Assembly (NCBI RefSeq): GCF_048593235.1
Contig: NC_133620.1
Location: 292,469,765-292,533,764, forward strand
Length of the DNA: 64,000 nucleotides
Direction of reading: 5' to 3'
DNA from: Sminthopsis crassicaudata
Lineage: Eukaryota
Every line of letters begins with the position of its first letter. Position 1 is the first letter of the stretch. Positions 1 through 16,234 of the stretch are shown here, piece by piece. The notes under the pieces were generated by a model. The model was given only the letters and a program-made list of their open reading frames with translations, was not told where the DNA came from and did no database searches. The position numbers and the translations under genes are program-made.

Positions 1-382
1 AGGTTTGAGTTGGGCAAGGTGATTCCTAGGAAAGTTTAGTGGAAAATACAAAGGACAATAAGTAGATTTTGGAAGCTCAAAGCAACGAATTGGGATGGTT
101 GAGATGGGTTAAATTGGCTCCAGAACTAGATTTTAGACCAGAAAATGGAGAAATTAGGTCAATTGGTCAACAGAACCAGTACTTATTAAGTGCTTTTTGT
201 GTACAGGAGGATTTAAGAGTCTGGTGAGATGTAGCAAGAATAATTTGGGGAGGGGAAGGGCCTGGATTATAACCTGAATTAAAGACAGCAGATTGAGAAT
301 TTGGGTTAGAGATTCAATTCTTTAGACAGTAAAGGCATCCAGGGACAAAGACTACTTAACAGGTCTTTCTTCTTTCATCTAG

Positions 383-752
383 GTGGCAGAGGAGATCAGT
401 GGTCCTCTAAGTTCTGCCAAAAAAATCACACTGGTATCTAGTGGGGGAGGTACGTTGGGGGCTGCCAAGGTGACTGGAGAAGTATTGGACATTCTCAGCC
501 ACTTGCCAAATTGTGTGGAGAAGCTCACAGGCGTTAGCATTTCCCAGGTGAGAAGTCTTATAAAGGGGCCATATTGGTTATTTTAATCTGGTTGTCAGAT
601 CTTAATTGTGATATTGCTTCTTCCCCCAAAACGGAGTTGTCTCCAGGGTGTATTTAAGCAATGACATGTATATCTGGGTTTCTTACCTAGCAAGCCTGCT
701 ATGGTAAGGAATATGCCAATGCTTCCTTCTTGTCTTCCCTCAGGTAAATTAG
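383..752 (+). CDS. FLOT1: Flotillin-1, last two coding exons (5'-partial): 383-547 and 744-752
   Basis: Exon 383-547 (ag|GTG...CAG|gt) encodes [55 protein letters not shown], the flotillin-1 C-terminus. The terminal exon follows a polypyrimidine tract and cag at 741-743 and reads GTA AAT TAG (VN*). Confidence 0.93.
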
Positions 753-1004
753 AACAAGCCAGTTTTTGGAGCAACAACAAAAGGATCAAATTCCTATTCC
801 CTCATGTACCAGTCAACCTTTATATGAAATTTCTTGAACCTCTTTGTTCTACTGCAGTTGAGGTAGCCCCACTTCCTTCCATATTAGGATTCTTCAGACC
901 TTCCTGCTTATTTGCTTGTCATGTGGGGGGCTGCTCCTCATACTGTCAGTAGCTGTCCTATTCTAAAAGGGTAGCCACTTAGCCCCAACATGCTTAAGTG
1001 TCTA

Positions 1005-1010
1005 ATTAAA
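1005..1010 (+). terminator. Candidate FLOT1 polyA signal (ATTAAA)
   Basis: ATTAAA about 250 nt after the FLOT1 stop codon. Confidence 0.5.
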
Positions 1011-1521
1011 TGATTGCCTGAATTCTGGCTTTTTTTCTCTACTTTTTCTTCAGTGAAAATAAGTTATCCCAGGCCACTAGTTCTCTTAAGCTGAAGTATA
1101 GTTTTAGAATGAATAAGAAATTCTATTCCAGAACCACAAATGAAAATATAGAAAGCACTCTTAAAGAGGGGGACTAGTTGGACCTTTTAAATGGCATAAT
1201 GGAGAAAACCATATCATGGTTCAAGAAACAAATCTTGGTATTAATATGGCATTTCCAACTTTCTCTGAGTAACCACCATCCTAAGTTCCTACCATTATCA
1301 AACTGTTCTCAATGTTCCATCAAATTTATCCTATTCCTATTTCAATTTTAAGTGCAAAAATCCACCACCACCACCAAAGATAGTGCAACTACTGACCTGA
1401 AGGGCATTGAAGAGAAGACAATTCCAAGTCCCATCCCAACCCTCATATTGCAACTTCCCATTCCCTTTCCAAGAACCAAGCAGACACTTAAAATTATAGG
1501 GTTTTATCCCCTCATTTCCTG

Positions 1522-1527
1522 TTTATT
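1522..1527 (-). terminator. Candidate TUBB polyA signal (AATAAA on minus strand)
   Basis: tttatt on the plus strand, about 920 nt downstream of the TUBB stop in transcript direction. Confidence 0.6.
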
Positions 1528-2444
1528 GGGGGGGGGGGAGAAGAGGCATCTTTTCAATATGAAAAAAAGCAAGTTCAACACAAAACAGAAACCTAGAACT
1601 GGGGGGATGAGCCCAGTGTAGAAAATGTATAAGTGGAGAGGATGACAGAAAATCAAAGAGATAGTGATGGGAAGTGTTTGTTGCCCCAGTTTCTCTTCTT
1701 TTGTAGGGAATTGATTTGGGGAGGGGGGAGAGAAACTGGAAGAAAATTGAAATCTTCCTCAATTGAGGGACTTCTCTGGAATTTTGGAAGTTGAAACAAA
1801 TCTCACTGATGGGGATCCCAAAATGAGAAGGAAAAAGAGCTTGAGGGGGAAAGCCCACTTGGCTGAGTGAGGCACAGACCCCTCCAAAGAAAAATGAACA
1901 CAAATAGAAAACCAAAACTGGGAGGGGAGGAGGAGATAATACTGTCAACACTTCCCCTAGAGCTGGGGAGGAGAGAGAAAATGAAGGGGCATTTAGAGAT
2001 AGGAATGACAGTTTGGGGAATATGAGAGCCTGCCTCCCCCAAGACTTTTATGGAATGGAATACTATTTCCTCTTTTCCCCCCCCTAACAACCACCAAGAG
2101 AACTCTTTTCACTAGGAATATTACATCTTGGTCTCCCCACCTTCAAGGGAAGTCAAAGGGCCTTTTCTCCATGGTTACCATTTTAATTCTGGGCATCAAA
2201 ATCCCTAAATTGAGGCTCTGGGTTGGAGACATTCTACTTCTTGAAGAGAAATCTGGTAGTGAGGAAGAAAAGAGTACATTACTGAGGTGACAAGGTCATA
2301 AAGGAAGAACAGGGCAAAAAGCTCAGCACCCACAAAAGAGAGAAAGAAGATGAAGACAGAAAATGCAAACTTTAGAGGAAAAGGGTGATGGGGAAAGAAT
2401 GTTATGAGAGTTGAGAAGACTGAGATGGTGGCAGAGTATCTTCC

Positions 2445-6337
<3,893 letters not shown>

Positions 6338-6534
6338 TTACTTTTGCTTGTCTCGTTACGTGCAGGGAGAGTTTTTATGTAACTTTTTTTCCCCTCCTTT
6401 CTGCTGAACTGAGCTTTTTATTAATAGAAGGTTCCCCAGAAGGTTAGAGCTGCCAGTTCAGCACACAGCTGCACAAACGTTCTGTGAGGGAGAAAGAAGG
6501 AAGGGGGGAAGGGAGAAGCCTGGGAGGAGAAGCA

Positions 6535-6704
6535 GGGCGGGGCGCGTTGCGCTGCGTGGCCTGAGAGGAGGGAAGGTTCCTCTTGTTAGGCGCCAGCTAT
6601 ATAGTAGACAAAGCCCGTCTATAGAAGCACTGATTGGTCCATACCAGGCAAGTGTCTGGTACCCATTGGCCTTTCCTCCCGGGACCAAGCGCTATCTTTA
6701 TTGG
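6535..6704 (-). promoter_or_regulatory. TUBB core promoter: three CCAAT boxes, TATA-like element, GC box
   Basis: ATTGG on plus at 6633, 6665 and 6700; TATATA at about 6598-6603; GGGCGGGGCG at about 6535-6544; CpG-rich; upstream of the ATG at 6328. Confidence 0.75.
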
Positions 6705-7210
6705 GAAATGTAGTTCTCTATTGTTGTCCATGCAGCGAGATGAAAAAGGGAGTGGTAGGATGGTTGGGAGATTATTTTTTATAACTAATAAAAAAAATTA
6801 GACTTGGTCTTCCACTTTCTAGAGGATTTTTTTTTTAATTAAACATTAAAAGAGTGTAGGATTCAGATCTGTGGTAAATGGAAAGTCCAGGGATGCAAGG
6901 TGGTGATACTGGACTTAAAGTTGGTTATTTTGTGGGCCTTCCTGCTTCAGTATTCCTAGGACTGCCCTGCTAAACTCAAAGAAATGTAAGGAGAGCATAG
7001 TTTGAGTTTGGGATAGATAGTTACAGGATCCATTCCTCTTCCCAAGATTCAGATATCTAGCTTCCCCTTTCCCAAAAAGTTTTTTTTTTTTTAAACCTAT
7101 AATATTATTTTACTAGCCCTGGTTTTGTTTTATAATGTTGGGAAAAGTGGGTGTTCCCAACTTTGTAATTTAGAGGAAATTACATCTAAGACAATTTGAT
7201 TGTTACTTAT

Positions 7211-7445
7211 TTTTTTTTATTATATATATATATATATTTTATAATATTATCCCTTGTATTCATTTTTCCAAATTACCCCCCCTCCCTCTATTCCCTCCCC
7301 CCAACGACAGGCAATACCATACATTTTACATGTGTTACAATATAGTCTAGGTACAATACATGTGTGCGAATATCATTTTCTTGTTGCACAATAAACATTA
7401 GAATCTGAAGGTACATGCAACCTGGGCAGACAGATATTAGTGCTA
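7211..7445 (-). mobile_element. 5'-truncated L1 3'-end insertion with 15-bp TSD
   Basis: T/(TA)n tail on the left; ttgattgttacttat duplicated at 7196-7210 and 7446-7460; body similar to the L1 3' end at 30749-31405. Confidence 0.85.
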
Positions 7446-8879
7446 TTGATTGTTACTTATAATGAAAATTATAAGATTATTAATTGAGTTACTTGGAGCT
7501 ATCATAATGTTAAAATCTAAAATTGGTGATTGGAAAGGAGATAAGGTGAAAGTCTTATCTGTATTGGTTCTGGTTATTCACAGCAGTCCAAATAGGATAT
7601 AAAAGTAAAAAGCAGAGTTAGTTTATTCCTCCCATCCCTTTACAGAGTAAAAAAGATATCAAAGAACACAGCCCACAGCACCCTAAGGATAGATGGAATG
7701 GGCAGGCAGGAACAGCAAAGTTCAGCCCTTTTTCTGGGGTGTCTGTCAATTCTCCTAATTTATGAATTTGCCAGGTTTCTTATAATCGTCTTGTGGCAAG
7801 ATCATCAGTTCTAGAAAAAAAAAAAAGTTTGGTGGTGAGATTCCGAAGCAAGGAATGGATTTAATAAAAATCTATAATTCTATTATATAGAAAAGATTTC
7901 TAAGAATTGTTCTTTACACAAGAATTAATTTAAACTTGAGAAGAAGAAAAGCAAAACAAATGAGAGATTTTAAATAAAATCATGTATGACTCTTGGTAAA
8001 CTATAACTGGTTGTATGTACTGAGTTATCTAAAAGATGTTTCCATTGTTTTAAGAGAATAGTGATCTATTTTTAGCAGAATAATTTGTGTAATATTGAAC
8101 TTAAAATCATCTATTTAGATATCGAGATAAATTACGAATTTTCTTACTGTGATGAATCTCTTACTGTTACCAGATTATAGTCAATACCTATTATTTAGGA
8201 TATGTGATCCTTGAGAGCTGAAATACTGAAGCTCTCTAATTATTGGAACTTGCTAATTGAGATAAAATCCCTTGGGATTATTAATGATATTGTTTTAAGT
8301 TTTTTTTAGTTCAGGTATGTCTGATACATCATTAAATCAGTAATCCACCATTCTAGAGAAATGCCACCAGCCACTCAAAAGGATAAAATCAATTACAATT
8401 GATAGAGATCTGTATCTGGGTAAGAGTTAGGACAATCATTCATTTTGCTTAAAATAGGATTCTCCTGGCTCAGTTTCCCAATTATGTTCCTGTATTTCCC
8501 ACCTGATTATTCCTGAATCTGGCTATAAGGTGGAATTATTACTGTGAGATTGGTTGTCAATGGTGACTCTTATCTGAAATCAAACAGAAAGTATCAAACA
8601 GATACTTTATAATCATGTCCCAGCTTTTCTTTTATAACAAATTTCTATAATCAGAGCAAGTGTAAGTAGAAGACATGAGCACAGTGCAATAATCTTGCTG
8701 CTTTCAACCTGAAATATATATACTCATATCCTGAACAAATGATTATTTGACCTAGAGCTAGACAGAGATAGGTAGAGATATATAGATAGATAATATTTAT
8801 GTAGATATAGATATATAGATAAATGATGGATGGATGGATGAATAGATAAATAGAAAATCCATCCCTATCTCCAGATAGA

Positions 8880-9110
8880 AATAGGCATGAAATAAAGTCC
8901 TTAAATATTTCAAAATGATGTAAGAATAACTGACTTCTTGTACAACATGAAAAATAGGGAAATATATTTTAAAATATTGTAAATGTACAACCCACGTAAG
9001 ATTGTTTGCCATCTTGGAGAGAGGGGAGGTAAGGAACAAAGAGAGAAAAAGTTTGGAACATAAAATCTTATAAAAATGAATGTTGAAAAATAAAATACTA
9101 TTGACACACA
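8880..9110 (+). mobile_element. Old marsupial L1-type 3'-end fragment
   Basis: Shares the gattgtttgccatct...ggag...gaaaaagtttggaaca...gaatgttgaaaa motif with copies near 14750, 15950, 28350 and 45400. Boundaries approximate. Confidence 0.6.
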
Positions 9111-9779
9111 AAAAAAGAATAATTGAGTATTGATATAACTGTTTGTTATTCTACTGATCATTCAAATTAAATTAAAAAACTCTGTGGTTTGGAGAAAAGA
9201 CAAAAGTACTTTTAATATAATTGAAATAAAGTCAGATTTTTATAAGTAAATGATTGAACCTAGGGGTGGAAAGCCTCTTCCTGCAAGAGTATTGTTACAC
9301 ATGTTTCTATGCCAACTGGAAATCCCCTCAGCCTGTCATCCTCTTCACTGAATGTCTAACTCTCTTTAAACACTTTGGCAGATGTAGCATTCTTTATTGT
9401 TTACAAAATTAACATTCCTAACCCCTTCTAGATAATTTGTTTGATTTATGTTCAGATGATGGAGAATACAGATACCAGTCCTATTTCTGATCCTGAGACT
9501 CAGGATTCACTGGATGCTGCTTCAACCAACTTCTGGACCCTTGAGTTCATCACTGTTTCTAGTGGGACCCAAAAGATAGCTCTAAACCCACTCCCAGCAG
9601 GAAGCAACTTCAGAAAACAAGACATCACTCCAAAACCGAAAAGATTTTGGGTCCCATTTTGGGCAGAATGAAGGGATGAATAATCCTAGCAAAAGTCCAT
9701 GTCCCTAGTAGCAAACCAATGTATAGGTGGGCCCCAGGAAGAAATACTGACAGGATTATTTTGTCCTTAAGTGGGCCTT

Positions 9780-10235
9780 TGTTAAATTTCTTGCTTTGAT
9801 AGAATTATCTTGTACAAATACAGCTATCTTGAATTGTTATCCACAATTAACTATATACCATTCGGAAGCCAAGCTATAGATGTAAACCCCCTAGATTATT
9901 TTGTATAAAGATTCTTAGGTCTCAGACACTTAACACTTCCTAGCCGTGTGACCCTAGGCAAGTCACTTAACCCCAGCCTCAGGGGAAAAAAAAAAAAAAA
10001 AAGATTCCTTAATCTCCAGTTGACTTTCTAAGCCAAGCAACTAACATTGTTAGCATCCCTTGCTTTTCTTTATAGGAAAGAGTCCTTTCCTATAAAGGTG
10101 CCATATTTCCCCTTATAAAGTGCAAGTTCTGCTAGGGAACTTAGCCTGCCTTATGGCATCATAATAAAGCTTTTGTCCCTTAATTCAAAGATGAACCAAG
10201 TCTTTTAATTCTTTCTAAATAACTCCCCACTTTCA
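9780..10235 (+). mobile_element. LTR-like element with nested SINE
   Basis: Starts TG and ends CA; cataataaagcttttgtc resembles an LTR polyA region; no clear TSD found. Confidence 0.4.
9918..10001 (+). mobile_element. 5'-truncated WSINE1-like SINE
   Basis: ggtctcagacacttaacacttcctagccgtgtgaccctaggcaagtcacttaacccc followed by polyA; TSD aaagattctta (9907-9917) and aaagattcctta (10000-10011). Confidence 0.8.
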
Positions 10236-10639
10236 TGATTTCTTGTACTCCATCAGTATCAACAGATTATGGGAGGTAGTTGGTTTCCACACTCCATTCA
10301 AATTAATGTTTCTCAGGCATGGTTCAGGATATCATAGCAACTTGGTCAAGCAGATCACCATGGTAACCCCTCCTAGGCAGCTGAACTGGAGAGGAGAACC
10401 ATTAAAAGAAAGGAAAGTTGGATTTGGGGTTGCGGAAAAGAAATGGCATTACCTCAAATTGGGATAATTTCCTTAGGGACTATAAAGTCATTATCATTTT
10501 TATGTGGAACATAGAGATATAATTAATTCTATTTTAGAGTAATATCATAAAATAACTATTATTTATACAATGCTTTGAAGTTTTCATAGCAATAAAGTAT
10601 ATGTGTATAATACATATACATACACACATACATGTCATC

Positions 10640-10775
10640 TCATTTAATTATTACAGCAACCTTGTGTGGAAGATACTATATTTATCCTCATTTTACAGAT
10701 GATAGAAATTAAAAGAACTTAGGGTTCTAACTGAGATCTTGGCTCTGAGTCCAGCATTCTATACATTATCCTACT
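10640..10775 (-). mobile_element. MIR/CORE-SINE remnant
   Basis: tatcctcattttacagatga...ggctctgagtccagcattct is the antisense MIR core. Confidence 0.6.
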
Positions 10776-11019
10776 GTCCAAATAGAAGAAAGTCATATCA
10801 TGTTATCTGTAGTAAAATTTGTCCCAAGAGCAATGATGTCATCAATTCCTTATTAAAAATTTGTGAACCAGGACTACCAGTTACATATGTCACTGCTATA
10901 TTTAATAAAATGATACTTTGGATAATAATAATACAAAGAATAATAAGATATATATGTATGTACTTATATACTAGTTTGAAACTAAATAATTCAATTTTTA
11001 AAAATTTTAATAGTATTTT

Positions 11020-12690
11020 TTCCCAAATATATGCAAAAATAGGTTTCAACATTCACCTTTGCAAAACCTTCTTTTCCAATTTTTTTCTCCTTCCTACTTC
11101 CCCTCCCTCAAGAAAACAAGCAATCCAATATAGGTTAAAAATGTGCAGTTTTTCCAAACATATTTTGATATTTGTCATACTGCACAAATAAAAGCCAATC
11201 ATAAGAGAAAAAAACATGAGAGAGAAAAAAACACAAGCAAACAAATGAAAACAAGGTGAAAATACTATGCTTTGATCCACATTCATTTCATAGTTCTTTC
11301 TCTAGATGTGGATAACACTTTCCATCACAAGTTTATTGGAATTGCCTTAAATCAATTTATTGCTGAAAAGAGTCAAGTCCGTCACAGTTGATCATCACAT
11401 AATCTTGTTATTACTATGTACAATATTCTTTTCGTTGTACTCACTTTATTCAGCATCAGTTCATGTAAGCCTTTTCAGACTTTTCTGAAATCACCCAGCT
11501 CATCATTTCTTATAGAACAATGATAATCCATTACATGCATATACCATAACTTATCCAACCATTCCCCAATCAATGGGCATCCATTCAATTTCCAATACCT
11601 CGCCACTTCAAAAAGGGCTGCTATAAACATTTTTGTACATGTGGGTGCTTTTTCCTTTCTTACAATCTCTTTGGGATACAGACACAGTAGATACACTGCT
11701 GGATTAAAGGGTAATTGTGTAGAAAGTGTTTTGTAATTCATCCAAAAGAATGAGACAACAAACTAAAACTTATGGTATGTAGTCAAAGCAGTTTTTATAG
11801 GGAGTTTTATATAATTAGATGCTTACAAGAATAAAATAAAGAAAAAAGATCAATGAACTAACTGGGCATACAACTAAAAACTCTAGAAAAAAGAACAAAT
11901 TAAAAACTTCCAATTACATACCAAATTAGAAATTCTTAAAATAAAAGGGGAGATTAGTAAAATTGAAAGAAAACCATTGAACTAATAAACAAAACTAAGA
12001 GCATACATAGGAATAAATGGAATTTTTCTTACTGATAAGTAGCATCTATCTAGTACCATGAGCAAGCATTATATATAATAGGGATAAGCTAGAAGCCTTC
12101 TAATATAGATTAGGGATAAAACAAAGTTGCTCATTATTATCACTCTTATTCAATATTGTACTAGAAATGTTAACTTTAGCAATAAGGGAAGAAAAAGGAA
12201 TTGAAGGTATTAAAGTAGGTAATAAGGAAACATGTTAAGGGACATTCAGTTCTCCAGAACCCTCCACAGCTGTGGATCATAGCATCTGAAGGAATTTCAG
12301 GGCAGCCTTTACTGACACAGGTCAGACAACGAAACTGTTTCTATTTTTTGTTTGATCCATTCCTCCTTTAGGATTAGATTATTTCATTTCCATTTAATTT
12401 TTGGATTACTTTTCCATGGCCCATGTAATTTTTATTGCATCTGAAAAGGCTGCATTTGCTATTTATGCCTTTTTGCTTTTCATAGTGAGGTTTTTATGCC
12501 TTAATACATGATCAGTTTTTTTGTATGTAATGTATACATTTTTTCTATTCCTATTCAAATTTCTCAAAGGATCTATCATACTTAAGTTTTCAAAAATTCT
12601 ATTCACTTCATTAACTTCTTTCTTGTTTATTTTGTGGTTAGATTTATCAAGTTCTGATAGAGGGAGGTTGAGAATCCCCATTAGTGTGGA
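11020..12690 (-). mobile_element. Rearranged L1: 3' end and ORF2 C-terminus (11020-11715, -), ORF2 middle/RT (11735-12230, +), EN region (12337-12690, -)
   Basis: ORF2p-like translations: CTKMFIAALFEVARYWKLNGCPLIGEWLDKLWY (C-terminus), an LFNIVLE-type RT segment, and LSELDKSNHKINKKEV (EN). Confidence 0.85.
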
Positions 12691-12839
12691 TTGGACTTGA
12701 TTTCATTTGTGCAATGAATTTCCCCCAACAATAAAGATCTGTAATTTCTCTTCAACTTACAGTTTTAAGACACTTGCCTGGAAAATTGAGAAGTTGAATG
12801 ACTTCATAATAGTCTATAAGATCATTCTATTTTAAAATA

Positions 12840-13800
12840 TGTTTATTATGTTTGCTTTTTACACTTTATCACTTCCCAATAATCCTCCTTAAAATGTAAT
12901 ATTATTCTGTTACATATTTAAACCATAGTTTGTTCAGCAATTCCTCAATTAATTGGGCATTCAATTTTAAATACTTTAAACATTACAAGCATTTATTTTC
13001 TATCAATCCCATTCTCTACTACTATAACTGAAAAACAAGAAAGATAAAACCTTTGTAACAAATATGAATAATCAAATAAAACAAATTCCTACATTGGCAT
13101 AGATGCAGTTGTATCTCTTATTTTGCATATTTTGTTCATTCTCTCTATTAGGAGATGGGCAATATTCTTCATCAACAGTCTTCTGGAATCATAATTGGCT
13201 ATTGTATGGGTCAGAGTTATTATTTACTTTCAACTTGTTTATTTTTAAAGTGTTGTTATGGTATAAATTATTCTTTTGCTTCTGCTCGTTTCATTTTATC
13301 GGTTGATACAAGTCTTCTGGAAGTATCAATTTTTATCATTGCTTACAGTACAATAATATTCCAATATATTTGCTTACTAAAATGTGTTTAGCCATTCAAC
13401 TAGATGATTGGTACCTTCTTACTTTTTTTTTTTGGCTATCACAGAAAGATATATTACAAATATTTTTGTTTATATGGATTATTTCCCTTTTTCTTTGATC
13501 TCATTGAGATATAGACTTAGTAGCTATATGGTGAGGTCAAAGAGTCTGCACAATTTAGTAACTTTTTTTGGAATAGTTCCAAATTTTCAGAGTCACTGGA
13601 CTAATTCAAAACTCCACCAGGGATACATGTATCTGTTTTCCCTGAGCTCCCTACAACATTTGTCACTTTCCTTTTTTATTTGCCACAATCTGATGATTAT
13701 GAGATATAACCTTAGAGTTGCTTCTTTCAAAAGTCAATTAAAATCTCTCCCCTTCTGCAATAACTCTTTTCCCAGACCAAATATATGTATAAATCATATT
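12840..13800 (-). mobile_element. Degenerate L1-type 3' fragments
   Basis: Patchy similarity to the other antisense L1 3'-end copies in the window. Boundaries approximate. Confidence 0.45.
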
Positions 13801-13849
13801 TGTACACGATTGTTTGCATACTATTTCAATTCCTCACCACAAATTGGTG

Positions 13850-13950
13850 AGTCTCTTGAGAGCAGGGCCTGGGTTTTTTGTTTATTACCTTTTTTTTTTG
13901 AGTTCCCAGGACTCAGCAAGTGCCTGATATATAGTAGATACATTTAATAA
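13850..13950 (+). mobile_element. L2 3'-end fragment
   Basis: ctcttgagagcagggcc...cccaggactcagcaagtgcctgatatatagtag...ttaataa matches the L2 tail pattern. Confidence 0.65.
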
Positions 13951-13984
13951 TTAATATTTCATAATAAATAGATGATGGGGAAAA

Positions 13985-14890
13985 AAATTACAGCAAGTTT
14001 CTCTGATAAAGGACTTTTCTCAAATATGTAAAGAACTGAACCAAATTTATAAAAAGAGTCATTCCCTTGTTGAAAAATAACCAAAGAATATGAAGAACCA
14101 TTTTTCAGAAGGAATCAAAGCTATCACTAGTCACATAAAGAGTGCTCTCAATTTGGAACTATGCCCAAAGAGCTATCACATTGTGCATACTCTTTGATCC
14201 AGTTTTTACTGGGTTTGCCTACCAGAGATCATAAAAAAGGGAAGGACCCACATGTCCAAAAATGATTGTAATCTCTTTTTGTAGTGACAAGAAACTGGAA
14301 ACTTTTAGATGACCATCAGTTGAAGAATGACTGAATAAGTTATGGGATAGGTATGTTATGGAATATTATTGTTCTATAAGAAATGATCAGCAGGATGATT
14401 TCAGAAAGGCCTGAAGAGACTTATATGAACTGATGCTAAATAAAGCTAGTAGAACCAAAAGAACACAGTATACAGTGGCTACAAAATCATGTGATGATCA
14501 ACTCTGATGAACTTGGCTCTTTTCAGCAATTAAGTGATTTAGGCCAATGCCAATGGATTTGTGATGGAGAGAGCCATCTCCATCCAGAAAGAACGCTGTG
14601 GGAACTGAATGTGGATCACAACATAGTATTTGCATCTTTTTTGTTGTTTGCTTTTTTTTTTCTTTCTCATTTTTTTTCTTTTTTGATCTGATTTTTCTTG
14701 TGCAGCATGATAAATGTGGAAATATGTAAAGAAGAATTGCACATATTTAAAACATATTAGATTGCTTGCTGTCTGGAGGGGTGGGGTGGTGGGAAGAGGG
14801 ATGGAGAAAAACTTGGAATATAGAGTATTGCAATGGTGAATGTTGAAAAGTAACTTTGCATGTATTTTAAAAATTAAAAGCTATTATTAA
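13985..14890 (+). mobile_element. L1 ORF2 3' end and 3' UTR, old copy
   Basis: tttggaactatgcccaaagagctat...gcatactctttgatccag...gaaatgatcagcaggatgatttcagaaaggcctg is typical of marsupial L1. Confidence 0.8.
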
Positions 14891-15179
14891 AATATATTTC
14901 TTAAAAATGCATAGGATAAAATATATTGATTAACAAAGGAAACTAATATATAATTAGTTTCAATATATGAAATAAAAATAACTTTAAAAAAAAATTTACA
15001 CAACATGAATGTGATTTTACACAATGGATTCTAGTATAAAATATTGTTTTTAAAATATATTTCAGTTATCTTTCTTTTTAACATCACTTGTATTTCCCAA
15101 TGTATACTTTCTTCCTTTTGCTTCCAAGGAATCTTGAAAACAAGAATGAAAAAAAAAATTAAAAAAAAAGATAAGTGTT

Positions 15180-16095
15180 CTAAAGAATTATTGATTAGAT
15201 AAATGCAAATAAGAACTCTGAGATAGCCCCATCATACCTATCAAATTGGCTAACAAGACAAAAAAAGAAAATGACAATTGCTGGAAGGGATATAGAAAAA
15301 TTGGGATACTAATGCAATGCTGGTGGCATTGTGAACTAGTCTAACTCTTCTAGAGAACAATTTGGAACAATACCTAAAGTTCTATAAAACTTTGCAGATT
15401 CTTTGACCCAGCAATATCATGACTAGGTCTTCCCAAAGAGATGAAAGGAAAGAGAAAAGAATCTATTTATACACAAATATTTATAGCTGATCTTTTTATG
15501 GTGGCAAAATATTCACAATCAAGGGGATATCCATAAATTGAGGAACAACAGAACAAGTTGTGGAGTATGACAGACAGTAATGAAATACTATTGTGTTGTA
15601 AGAAATGATGAAGGGGATGGTTTCACAAAAACCTGGAAGACTCATATGAATTGATATAAAATTAAGTGAGCAGAACCAGGAGAACATTGTACACTAACAA
15701 TATTGCAAGGATGATCAACTGTGAAAAATGGCTATTCTAACAAGACTCTCATTAAAAGATGCTATACATCTCCAGAGAAAGAACTAATCAATTCAAATGA
15801 AGTTTACTTTTTAAATTTTTTCTTTATTTTTCTTTTAAGCTTTATTAATATTGTTATCCTTATTCTTTTTTTTCTTTATTCTTTTATTTCTTTATTTCTG
15901 TTTTGTACTATGGATGTTATGGAAATGTTTTGCATGATTTCATATGTATAATTGATATCAAATTGCTTGCCTTCTTGAAGATGGGGGAGAGGTGAGGGAG
16001 AGGGAGGAAAATTGGAACCCAAATTTTAAAAAATGTTAAAACTTTTACATGTAATTGGGAAATATTTAACAAAATATAAATATTTTTTAATAAAT
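15180..16095 (+). mobile_element. L1 ORF2 3' end and 3' UTR, second old copy
   Basis: tgctggtggcattgtgaactagtc...tttgacccagcaatatca...gtgagcagaaccaggagaacattgtacac. Confidence 0.75.
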
Positions 16096-16234
16096 GTTAA
16101 TTGAGTGACTTTGGGTTTATGGGATATTAAAACTACTGTATTGTTTGCTTTTATATGTTGTGTACCTAATCTGTTCTATTTTTTAAACTAGTATTAAGTC
16201 AACTTGATTGATGAGATAAGCAGAAGGTTTCTGC

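Noticed and set aside
8750-8850. Degenerate (GATA)n/(GGAT)n run as a structured array
   Set aside because: An ordinary decayed microsatellite.
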